Shown in pieces: positions 29,090-38,400 of a DNA stretch of 64,000 nt (its first letter is position 1; each line of letters starts with the position of its first letter). Both the position numbers and the translations under genes were made by a program. The notes beneath the pieces are model-generated. The model worked only from the letters and a program-made list of their open reading frames with translations. It made no database searches and had not been told where the DNA came from. This stretch comes from Chloroflexota bacterium (GTDB lineage: Bacteria; Chloroflexota; Chloroflexia; Thermomicrobiales; UBA6265), in contig JAFAEX010000136.1 in assembly GCA_023423795.1 (NCBI GenBank), forward strand, positions 451 to 64,450, in the 5' to 3' direction.

Positions 29090-29121
29090 CCGCCCGCAAC
29101 GAGGAGATCGCGCGGCCCCGC

Positions 29122-30324
29122 ATGCACCTCGCCCGCCTCGAACTCGAAGAGTTCCGCTCCTACGGCACGCTGGATCTCTCGCTGCCGCCCGCTGGCTTGC
29201 GGCTGCGCGGCGACAACGCGTCCGGCAAGTCCAGCCTGCTGGAAGCGATCGTCATGCTCGCCACCACGCGCTCGCCGCGGTCGACCGCCGAACGGGAGGT
29301 CATCCGCTGGGGCAGCGGCGAGGATCTCGGCGTCGCGCCCTTCGCCCGCATCCGCGGCGAGGTCGTCCGCAAGGACGGCCCGAAAATCGTCGAGATTGCG
29401 CTCCAGGGCGACCCGGCCCGGAACGGCATCGCGCGCAAGCTGGTGCGGCTCAACGGCCGCCCGGCCCGCGCCTCCGACGTGGTCGGCCAGTTGAAGGCGG
29501 TGCTCTTCTCGCCGGAAGACGTGGCACTCATTTCTGGCAGCCCGTCGGGCCGCCGCCGCTACCTCGACCTGACGGTCTCGCAGACGAGCGGCGCCTACCT
29601 TCGGTCGCTGGCGCGTTACCAGCGGGTGCTGGAGCAGCGCAACAGCCTCCTCAAATCCCTCCAGCGCGAACGGGTCCGCCCGGATTCGCCGCACGTTTCC
29701 GGGCAGCTCGCGTTCTGGGACGAGGAACTGACGGCGCTCGGTTCGACCGTCGTCGCGTTCCGAATCCGGGCGCTCGATCGCCTTGGCGCGCTGGCCGCCG
29801 AAGAGTTCCGCCTGCTCACCGACGATCCTGGGTTCGCGGTCGGGTACGCGGCTTCGATCCCCGGCATCGACGACATCCCCGTCCTCGACGGCGAGGACGG
29901 TTTCGAGCGCATCCGCACCGCCGTCCATCGGTCCTTCGTCTCGGCGCTCGCCGACCGCCGGGCCGACGAGGTCCGGCGCGGGGTCAGCCTCGTCGGCCCG
30001 CATCGCGACGATTTTACGGCCACGGCGGCAGGTATCGATCTGGGCACGTTCGGCTCACGAGGTCAGCAGCGGCTGGCCGTCATCGCCCTGAAACTGGCCG
30101 AAACCGCCTACATGACCGAGGTCGCCGGCGAACCCCCGTTGCTCCTGCTCGACGACGTCCTGTCCGAACTCGATGCCGGCCACCGAGCCTTGCTGGAGCG
30201 CTCCGCGGGCAGCATCGACGCCCAGGTCATCGTTACCGGCACCCACGCCGAAGACTGGTCCGGCAGCTCGCTCGCGGACCTTCCCGCGGCGACCGTTCGC
30301 TTCGGCGCGTTGACGCTGGATTGA
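29122..30324 (+). CDS. recF: DNA replication and repair protein RecF
   Basis: LELEEFRSY, GDNASGKSSLLEA, GPHRDDF, SRGQQRLAVIALKLAE, and LLLLDDVLSELD. Confidence 0.95.
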   Translation: MHLARLELEEFRSYGTLDLSLPPAGLRLRGDNASGKSSLLEAIVMLATTRSPRSTAEREVIRWGSGEDLGVAPFARIRGEVVRKDGPKIVEIALQGDPARNGIARKLVRLNGRPARASDVVGQLKAVLFSPEDVALISGSPSGRRRYLDLTVSQTSGAYLRSLARYQRVLEQRNSLLKSLQRERVRPDSPHVSGQLAFWDEELTALGSTVVAFRIRALDRLGALAAEEFRLLTDDPGFAVGYAASIPGIDDIPVLDGEDGFERIRTAVHRSFVSALADRRADEVRRGVSLVGPHRDDFTATAAGIDLGTFGSRGQQRLAVIALKLAETAYMTEVAGEPPLLLLDDVLSELDAGHRALLERSAGSIDAQVIVTGTHAEDWSGSSLADLPAATVRFGALTLD

Positions 30325-30549
30325 CGCCGCCGAATCGCCCGGGTTCGGCAAGCTTCGCTCGCCGACGCCGATCCGCTCCGACCCGGACCTCGCGTGGTTG
30401 CCATCGCGTCCACCGAATCCCCACGTCTTGCGCATTCGCGGATGCCGGCGCTTGTGGGCCTCTCCACCGTGAGGCCGTCAGTCGCTGATCGTTGGCTGGT
30501 GACGAACGCCGTCCGAACCGAGTCGTCGTCGCACCAGGTTTGTTCGGTG

Positions 30550-30622
30550 TTTCTTCGGCGTTTATTCGCCATTTCTTCGGTGCCGGTTTTCCCATAACCA
30601 TGCGGAGATCGGGTTTCTTCGG
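30550..30622. repeat. Three direct copies of TTTCTTCGG spaced 22 and 42 nt apart in a locally AT-enriched non-coding patch
   Basis: Copies at 30550-30558, 30572-30580 and 30614-30622. Confidence 0.8.
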
Positions 30623-31049
30623 CATCCCTCCCACACACGGCGTCCCAAGAGGGGCCATCGCCGCCATCCAAAGCGAGTCCCGTTCGGCAAGCGCCGGGTC
30701 CCGGACGGTCGGCCGTTGCGGAGGCCCCTGTGCCCTGCCGGAGTCACCCCCGTTCTCGTCGAGGGCCGCCACAGGTTCCGGGCTCCGTCAAAAATGGGCA
30801 ACACGGGCGGGGTCCCGGGCAACGAGCGCACCGGCGCCCGGTGGTCCGCACACGCCGATCGCGCCGCCGTCGTGGTGATCCCGCATCTTCCCCGATCGCA
30901 TCGACGCGCGGGTTTTCAACGGGATGCCGGTTGGTTGATGGCGATGCCCCTCTCACGCGCCGCATGTCCTCGGTCGCGAGCGCATGACCACCGCGATCCG
31001 GCATGCAGCCGGTGCGGGCCGGGGCGGCGATCGACCGGTTTCGCGCTGG

Positions 31050-32162
31050 TCACGGGATATCCGGCATGGCCGAGAGTTCGAACAGGTCGATGCTGGCCAT
31101 GAACAGGACCGATTCCCCGTCGGCCGTCCACGCCGGGGCGCGGTCGTCGAGCGGCGTGTCGGCGATGACCCAGCGCTCGCCCGACTGCACGTCCAGCCCG
31201 TGGATCGCTCCGTTGGCCGAGAACGCGATCCGCGAGCCGTCCGGCGACCACGCGGCGTCCAGCGGAACCAGATCCGAATCCGCCGTTAGGTTCACCACGG
31301 CGCGCGTCCCGACGTCGAGCACGCAGAGATCCGGCCCTTCGTTGCCGTGGAGCACCACCAGCAAGCGGCTGCCGTCGGGCGACCACAGCGGCCCGTACCC
31401 GGTCAGGAGCGGGCTCAGGCTGCGCTGCCGGTTTCCGTCCGCGTCAACGACGAAGATGCCACCCGGCGCGCCGCCGATCTCTGGCGCGACCGAGAACGCG
31501 ACGCGGTCGCCAGCCGGAGACCACGCCGGACGCACGGCGTCGCCGATGGCCTTCCTCTGCCCGGTCGGGTTCTCGCCGTCGATGGCCGCGCCGCTCGACC
31601 GAATCGTCGAAAGTTGCTGCCGCTGGCTGCCGTCCGGGGCGATCCGGAAGACCTCGTCGCCGCCGCCGTCCCAAGCGAGGAACGCGAACGCCGAACCGTC
31701 AGGCGCCCAGCTCGGCTGGTTGCGCAGCGCGATGGCAACGAATCCCTCGTCGCTCCCGGGCGCGATCAGCGGAAACGTGTCGCGCGCGTCGCTGGCCGTA
31801 TCGGCGACTACGATCTCCCGCGTCGTGCGGTCGATCCAGGTCAGCAGCGACCCATCCGGCGACCAGGCCGGAACCGCCGCCGAGGCAGTTTCCGCGATCC
31901 GGACCGGGTCCGATTCGCCGCTCACCGAGCCGGTCCAGACGCCGCCGTCGGAGGACCACGCCAGTGATGTGCCGTTCGCGGCGGGAACCGGCCGGGCGGG
32001 ATCGGGAGCCACCAGCCGAGGTTCGCCGCCGGCCGTCACGGCGTAGATGCCGGGCTGAAATGCCGACGCCCGGAACGCGCAGCCTCCGAGCGCCGGAACG
32101 ATGGCGGCCCCGGCGACCAGCGACAGCGCAACACGGCGGTTGAAGCGGGGGGATCTCCACAT
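31050..32162 (-). CDS. TolB-like WD40/PD40 beta-propeller lipoprotein
   Basis: Signal and lipobox MWRSPRFNRRVALSLVAGAAIVPALGGC. Repeated …P(A)WSPDGS… PD40 motifs, at least six. Confidence 0.85.
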   Translation of the reverse strand: MWRSPRFNRRVALSLVAGAAIVPALGGCAFRASAFQPGIYAVTAGGEPRLVAPDPARPVPAANGTSLAWSSDGGVWTGSVSGESDPVRIAETASAAVPAWSPDGSLLTWIDRTTREIVVADTASDARDTFPLIAPGSDEGFVAIALRNQPSWAPDGSAFAFLAWDGGGDEVFRIAPDGSQRQQLSTIRSSGAAIDGENPTGQRKAIGDAVRPAWSPAGDRVAFSVAPEIGGAPGGIFVVDADGNRQRSLSPLLTGYGPLWSPDGSRLLVVLHGNEGPDLCVLDVGTRAVVNLTADSDLVPLDAAWSPDGSRIAFSANGAIHGLDVQSGERWVIADTPLDDRAPAWTADGESVLFMASIDLFELSAMPDIP

Positions 32163-32379
32163 TGGGCCATTGTACGCGGGGCGACGACGCAGACCCGTGT
32201 GTCGGGCGTGCGCGGCACTCGGACGCGGCGGGTCGGCACGCAATCGACCGTTGGATTGAACGACGGGGTTCGGCCGGGAAGGGGCGGGTCTGCGGTTTCC
32301 GGACCGCGGCAGCATCCGTCCGCGCGGCTGATGCGATGCCCGCGACCGGGGTCAGGCACGAACTGGCCGGGTAGGCCGG

Positions 32380-32700
32380 TCACTCGACCGTCAGGACACG
32401 GCTCGTTTCCCAGTCGAGCGCAATCGCGGCGGTGCACAGGAGCCCTCGATCGTCCTCGTACCATGCGACGGCCATGACGATGGCGCGGTCGTCGGGCACA
32501 CGCACGTGCCCGACGAGTTCGTCGGCCATCAGGACGCGGCCCTCGATGCGAGCACCGGGTCGCAGCGCCGCGAGCCGGGTCGCGAGTTCCCGGCCGGCAT
32601 CGAGGACGCGCGGCCGATACCGGTGCATGAGCGCGCCGGCCTGCTCGTCGGCGAGGACGCAGCCGACCGGGAGATACGGTTCGACGCGGCGATCGGTCAC
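32380..32700 (-). CDS. Hypothetical protein (106 aa)
   Basis: GC3 is high only in the 3' third of the 215-aa ORF. GTG 32700 lies 8 nt after GGAG. No recognisable motif. Confidence 0.45.
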   Translation of the reverse strand: MTDRRVEPYLPVGCVLADEQAGALMHRYRPRVLDAGRELATRLAALRPGARIEGRVLMADELVGHVRVPDDRAIVMAVAWYEDDRGLLCTAAIALDWETSRVLTVE

Positions 32701-33246
32701 GGTGCGCACTCCACGGTGTCGCGGCACGGATAACACGCGTGATCGGGGCGCGAAGACCGGACGCGTCGGCGGGCAACCACCCCCTAGACGGTCCGTCGGG
32801 CCATGGCAACGGGCAAGCGAACGCCGATTACCGATGCCGGACGAACGGGGATTTCGTCTAGCGGACGGGCGGTACACCGTCGGCGGAAACCCGAGAGCTA
32901 TGGACAATGGATACGTTCCACCACGCGCTCGACTCGACACTTGATTCGAGGGCGAATGATGGATCGGTGAGGAGATTCCGGCAAGGGCTTGCGGGAAGAC
33001 CACCCGGCATCGGCCGACTGCCATCACGAACCCCGGAAACCGACATATCCCTGTGCGGCGGGTGCACCGGCCAACCTAGCGGCACGAGGCCGTGGGCGGT
33101 GATAGCAGGCGAACGATGACGTCGAAGTCCCGCTGGCACGGTGTCGGAGTACCGGCATCGCTCGAAGTGGGACGATGGAACGAGAACGGCCGGAGCTCGA
33201 AAGCTCCGGCGCGTCACGAACTGCGCATGGAACGCAGCATTTCGCA

Positions 33247-33320
33247 TGGCTGGGGTGCAGGGATTCGAACCCCAACTACCTGATCCAGAGTCAGGCGTCC
33301 TACCGTTAGACGACACCCCA
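33247..33320 (-). tRNA. tRNA-Gln (CTG), CCA encoded
   Basis: The minus strand reads TGGGGTG-TC-GTCT…, with anticodon loop CTCTGGA, T loop TTCGAAT, acceptor CACCCCA, then GCCA. Confidence 0.92.
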
Positions 33321-33385
33321 ATGCGCCGAGCAGTGTACCACGCGGCGCCGCAGGCTTCCACGCCGCGTGCGTCGCGGGGCCGAAC

Positions 33386-34285
33386 CTACCCGGCGGTTTC
33401 CGCTCCGGCGTCGCCCTCGCCGCCGTCGATCTCCACTCCGAGCGACGCGAACGCGGCCGCCACCGTGTTCCGCGCCAGCACCATCGTCGTCACCGGACCG
33501 GTGCCGCCGGGGACCGGCGTCAGGGCGGAAGCACGTTCGGTGACGGACTCAGCATCGACGTCGCCGACGAGCCGGTCGCCGACGACGTTGATCCCGAAGT
33601 CGAGCACGACGGCCCCCGGGTTCACCATCTCGCCGCGCACCAGCCCAGGTGCGCCGGCGGCGACCGCCACGATGTCGGCGCAGGCGAGCAGGCCGGGCAG
33701 GTCGGCCGTGAAGCGGTGGCAGAGCGTCACCGTCGCGTTCCGGGCGGTCAGCAGCGTCGCCATCGGTTTGCCGACGACGTTGCTGCGGCCGATCACGACC
33801 GCCCGTTTCCCTTCGATGGACAACCCGTAATGGTCGAGCAGTTCGATCCCACCCTGGGGCGTGCTCGGCCGCAACGCCGGCAGGCCGAGGTGGAGCCGCC
33901 CGGCGTTGGTCGGCGTGATGCCGTCGACGTCCTTCATAGGCGACAGGTGCTCGATCGCCAATTCGACCGGAACCTGCGGCGGCAGCGGCATCAGCAGCAG
34001 CACGCCGTGGACGGCGGGGTCCTGGTTGAGCGCGTCCAGCGTCGCCACGAAGCTGGCAGGAGAGGCATCCGTCGGCAGGTCGATCGCCCGGTGTGCCACG
34101 CCCGCGCCAGAGACCGAGCGCACGATGGAGCCGCGGTACGCGAGCGCGGCCTCGTCGCGCCCGGCGAGGACCGTCGCCAGCGTCGGCTCGACACCCGCCT
34201 GGGCGGCGAGGAGCGCGGCGGCGGCCGCCGTTTCCTCGCGGATTCGCCTGGCGACCGGAGCGCCGCGAAGCAGCTGGGCCGTCAT
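33386..34285 (-). CDS. folD: Bifunctional methylenetetrahydrofolate dehydrogenase/cyclohydrolase
   Basis: …LATVLAGRDEAALAYRGS…, DVDGITPTNAGRL, VVIGRSNVVGKPMATLL, and PVPGGTGPVTTMVL. Confidence 0.95.
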   Translation of the reverse strand: MTAQLLRGAPVARRIREETAAAAALLAAQAGVEPTLATVLAGRDEAALAYRGSIVRSVSGAGVAHRAIDLPTDASPASFVATLDALNQDPAVHGVLLLMPLPPQVPVELAIEHLSPMKDVDGITPTNAGRLHLGLPALRPSTPQGGIELLDHYGLSIEGKRAVVIGRSNVVGKPMATLLTARNATVTLCHRFTADLPGLLACADIVAVAAGAPGLVRGEMVNPGAVVLDFGINVVGDRLVGDVDAESVTERASALTPVPGGTGPVTTMVLARNTVAAAFASLGVEIDGGEGDAGAETAG

Positions 34286-34399
34286 CCCGATGGTTCCTCC
34301 GGACGGCGCAAGCGGGGCGGTACGCCGCCAACACGGCCTCTGGCCGAACCCGATAGCGCCCTGCTGTCGTTATTCCTCGACGCCGATCCGAACGCCCGG

Positions 34400-34408
34400 A
34401 GTATAGCA
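34400..34408 (-). promoter_or_regulatory. Extended -10 (TGCTATACT) for folD
   Basis: The minus strand reads TGCTATACT about 115 nt upstream of the folD ATG. Confidence 0.5.
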
Positions 34409-34598
34409 GCGGCCTCCAGGAGGGCCGAAACGGCCTTCTCGACGGATGCCGGGCACGCCTGCGTCTGCGATTGCCGACGGTATCGCCACCGCGGCGCCAG
34501 CTAACGACACCGAAACGCCTGCGCCGCTGTCGCCATTTCGAATGGCGCCAGCCCAATGGCGCAAAAGGCCGGTCAATTGCCATCGCGGGATCGTCTTC

Positions 34599-34615
34599 GT
34601 GGATAGTGTGGATAG
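34599..34615 (+). repeat. Tandem direct repeat GTGGATAG-t-GTGGATAG (DnaA-box-like, 7/9 and 8/9 to TGTGGATAA)
   Basis: Read directly. It abuts the -35 of the XRE-gene promoter. Confidence 0.8.
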
Positions 34616-34619
34616 GGTC

Positions 34620-34648
34620 TTGACCGGCGGGCAATGCGGTGGTACCTT
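34620..34648 (+). promoter_or_regulatory. Promoter TTGACC-17 nt-TACCTT (with TGg extension) for the XRE-family gene
   Basis: TTGACC (34620-34625), a 17-nt spacer, then TGgTACCTT (34643-34648). Confidence 0.5.
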
Positions 34649-34734
34649 CTAGGCAACGGGTCGCCCGCACGTTGACTCGTCGAACCAAACCGCCGGGTGG
34701 CGCCCGTCACCCCCGGGAGCGGAGACAGCCAGCG

Positions 34735-35151
34735 ATGGGTATGCGCAACGTCGAATTCGGGGTTCAGTTGAAGGCCCAGCGCGAGGCCCGCCGGGTCTCG
34801 CAAAGCAAGCTGGCCGAGCGGGCCGACTTCGACCACTCGTACGTGAGCCGGCTGGAAAGCGGCGCCCGGATGCCCACCCGCGACGCGGTCGAGCGGTTGG
34901 CCGGCGCCCTTCTTCTTTCCCAGCCGGAAGAGGACGCGCTGCTGGCGGCGGCCGGATTCCTCCCGCGCGACGTCACTAGCCTGCTGTCGGACGAGCCGGC
35001 CCTCGGCGAGGTGCTCGACCTGCTCCAGGACGACGCCGTTCCCGCCGAGTACCGCGACAACATGCGGCAGGTGCTGCGGCTGCTGGCCGAGCAGGCGCGG
35101 CTGGCGATCCGCACCGCGCCGGGCGCCGGCTACACCGGCGTCGCCGCCTGA
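34735..35151 (+). CDS. XRE-family helix-turn-helix transcriptional regulator
   Basis: LKAQREARRVSQSKLAERADFDHSYVSRLESGARMPTRDAVERLAGAL is a canonical HTH_XRE. ATG after GGAGCGGAG. Confidence 0.85.
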   Translation: MGMRNVEFGVQLKAQREARRVSQSKLAERADFDHSYVSRLESGARMPTRDAVERLAGALLLSQPEEDALLAAAGFLPRDVTSLLSDEPALGEVLDLLQDDAVPAEYRDNMRQVLRLLAEQARLAIRTAPGAGYTGVAA

Positions 35152-35181
35152 ACCGCTGGCTGCGGTTCGCCCCGCGTTCCG

Positions 35182-35218
35182 GAAACGACCCGTGGCCAAC
35201 CGGCCGACGGGTCGTTTC
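35182..35218 (+). terminator. Intrinsic terminator after the XRE gene
   Basis: 12-bp stem GAAACGACCCGT / ACGGGTCGTTTC followed by GTTC. Confidence 0.6.
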
Positions 35219-35405
35219 GTTCACCGAGCCCGGCGTCGGGCGTCCGTCGGTAATTGGTAATGGATGCTGACGGTTAGCGACTATGAACCCGATGCCGGGT
35301 TTGGCCGATCGGGCGGCGCCGTCGCCGGGCCGCTAGAATGCCGTACGTACACCGGCTCGCCGTTTCCCGCCTGGCAGCCTCAACAGTGGCCACGAGGAGC
35401 GTACC

Positions 35406-38400
35406 GTGTCCGAGTTCGCCCACCTTCACCTGCACACCGAGTACTCCCTGCTCGACGGCATGGGGCGGACCGCCGAATACGTCGCCCGCGCCAAGGAGAG
35501 CGGCATCCACCACCTCGCGGTCACCGACCACGGGGTGATGTACGCCGCGATGGAGTGGCACAAGGCCCTGTCCAAAGCCGGGCTGCACCCCATCATCGGC
35601 ATCGAGGCCTACCTCGCCGAGGGCAGCGCCCGCGCCCGCGAGCGCAAGAGCTACCACCTGCTGCTGCTGGCCGAGAACGAGACCGGCTACCGCAACCTGC
35701 TTCGGTTGTCGTCCCGCGCGATGCTGGAGGGCTACTACTACCGACCCCGGATCGACCTCGACATGCTCGCCGAGCACCACGAGGGCATCGTCGCCACCTC
35801 GGCCTGCCTCGGCGGCCCGGTCGCCAACAACTTCCTGCACGGCCGGCCGGAGCTTGCGCGCGACTACGCCGGCAAGCTCGCCGAGATCTTCGGCCGGGAC
35901 CGCTTCTTCATCGAAGTCCAGGACCACGGCATCCGCGAGCAGATCGAGACCAACCGCGAACTCATCCCGCTGGCGCGCTCGCTCGACCTGCCGCTGGTCG
36001 CCACCAACGACGTCCATTACTGCAACCAGGCCGACGCTGCCGCGCAGGAACTGCTGGTCTGCGTGCAGACCAACACCACGCTCGCCGACCCCAAGCGGCT
36101 CAAGAGCGAATCGGACCAGCTCTACCTGAAGAGCCCGCAGGAGATGGAGCGCGTCTTCGGCCACCTCCCGGAAGCCCTCTCGAACACCATCCGCATCGCC
36201 GAGATGTGCAACCTCGACCTCGGGTTCAAGGGCTACCACCTGCCCGATTTCCCGGTGCCGTCCGGATTCACCCACGAGGGCTACCTCGAGCACCTGTGCC
36301 GCGAGGGCGTGCGCCGCAAGTACGGCCACGACGACGGCGCGGTCGGCGAACGGCTCGCCTACGAACTCGGCGTCATCAATTCGATGGGGTTCACGAACTA
36401 CTTCCTCGTCGTCTGGGACTTCGTCCGCTTTGCCAAGGAGAACGGCATCCTCGTCGGCCCCGGACGCGGCTCGGCGGCGGGCAGCATCGTCACCTACGCG
36501 CTCGACATCACCGCGCTCGACCCGCTCAAGTACGACCTGATCTTCGAGCGCTTCCTCAACCCGTCGCGCATCTCGATGCCGGACATCGACATCGACTTCG
36601 CCGACGACCGCCGCGCCGAGGTCATCGAATACGTCGTCAACAAGTACGGCGACGACCGCGTCGCCCAGATCGTCACCTTCGGGACGCTCGCGGCGAAGGC
36701 CGCCGTGCGCGACGTCGGGCGCGCGATGGGCCGCACGTTCGCCGAAACCGACAAGGTCGCCAAGCTGATCCCGGTCGGCCCAGGCATCACGATCGAATCG
36801 GCGATGACCAAGGTCCCCGAGCTGAAGGCGCTCTACGACGGCGACGCCGACGTGCGGGAATTGATCGACTCGGCCAGGAAGGTCGAGGGCATCTCTCGCC
36901 ACGCGAGCACCCACGCCGCCGGCGTCGTCATCTCCCGCGACCCGCTCGTGCACCACGTCCCGGTGCAGCGGGCGGGCGGCAAGAGCGAGGGCGAACTGAC
37001 GACCCAGTTTCCGATGGGGGAACTGGAAGCCCTCGGCCTGCTGAAGATGGACTTTCTCGGGCTGAAGACGCTGACGGTGCTGGGCAAGGCGGTGGACCTG
37101 CTGCGGGCCGACGGGCACGACATATCCCTCGAAACGATCCCGCTGGACGACCCAAAGTCCTACGAACTGCTCTGCCGTGGCGAGACGGTCGGCGTGTTCC
37201 AGCTGGAAGGCGGCATGACCACCCGGATGACGGTGGACGTCGCGCCGAACTGCTTCGAGGACCTGATCGCGCTGATGGCCCTGATCCGGCCCGGGCCGAT
37301 GGAGATGGCGCCGGACTACATCGCCCGCAAGCACGGCCGCACCGAGATCGTCTACATGCACCCGGAAATGGAGCCGATCCTCGCCGAGACGTACGGCGTG
37401 GCGCTCTACCAGGAGCAGGTGATCCGCATTGCCAACGTGCTGGCCGGTTTTTCGATGGCCGAGGGCGACGGGCTGCGCAAGGCGATGGGCAAGAAGCTGC
37501 CCGAGGAAATGGCGAAGTACCGCGACCGCTTCGTCAGTGGCGCGGTCGAGCACGGCCTGCCGAAGGGGCTCGCGGGCGACATCTTCGACACCATCGAGCG
37601 GTTCGCCGGCTACGGCTTCAACAAGGCCCACAGCGCCGCTTACGCCGTGATCGCGGCGCAGACGGCCTACCTCAAGGCGAACCACCCGGTCGAGTTCATG
37701 GCGGCGCTGCTCTCCTCGGAAATCGGGAACACCGACAAGCTGGTGTCGAACGCGGCCGAATGCCGGCGTGTCGGCATCCCGCTCATGCCGCCGTGCGTCA
37801 ACAGCAGCGGCGTCGAGTTCACCGTGGAACGGGTCGAGGACGGCAGGATGGGCGTGCGCTGGGGCCTCGGCGCGGTCAAGAACGCGGGTGAAGGGGCCGT
37901 CCGCGCCATCCTTGCCGCGCGCTCGGAGCGGCCGGGCGGCGCGTTCCGGTCGCTCGACGAATTCTGCGGGGAAATCGACTGGCAGGTGGTGAACCGGCGC
38001 GTCGCCGAATCGCTGGCCAAGTGCGGCGCGCTCGACTGCTTCGGCGCGCGCGGCTCCGTCATCGCCGGTCTGGAAACGGCGATCGCCGCCGGCCAGAAAC
38101 GGCAGAAGGCGTCGGCGCGCGGCCAGATGGGGCTGTTCGCGATGGGCGCCGAAAGCGAGGTCAGCGCGCCGACGCCGCTGCCGCCGGCCACCGTCGCCGA
38201 CAAGCAGTTGCTGGCGTGGGAAAAGGAGTTGGTCGGCTTCTACATGAGCGCCCACCCGCTGCAGGAAATCCTGGCCAGCGCGCCGCAGCGCGGACTCGCC
38301 AGCATCGTGGATCTCGCCGAACGTCCGGCGGGGCAGATCGTCCGCACGATCGCGATGGTAACGTCGGTGCGGCGGATCACGACCCGCACCAATCGCTCGA

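Noticed and set aside
33041-33052. The motif ACATATCCC occurs in three intergenic regions (about 33043, 38963 and 46858).
   Set aside because: Only a 9-mer is shared, with different flanks and orientations relative to genes. This is too short to separate from chance among AT-richer intergenic DNA.
30325-33246. RNase P RNA, tmRNA or SRP RNA hidden in the long non-coding stretches; also an integrated element at tRNA-Gln.
   Set aside because: I found no GAGGAAAGUCC/ACAGAA pair, no tRNA-like ends with an ..LAA tag ORF, and no GGAAGCAGCC motif. There is no direct repeat of the tRNA-Gln 3' end and no integrase. The regions are therefore reported as unexplained rather than assigned.
34286-34399. 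A ZTP (pfl) or THF riboswitch in the folD leader, and likewise in the glyA leader at 53130-53216.
   Set aside because: The conserved GGGUCGUGAC…CCGCCUGGGC (ZTP) segments and the THF-type segments are not recognisable by eye. A covariance-model scan would be needed to exclude divergent versions.
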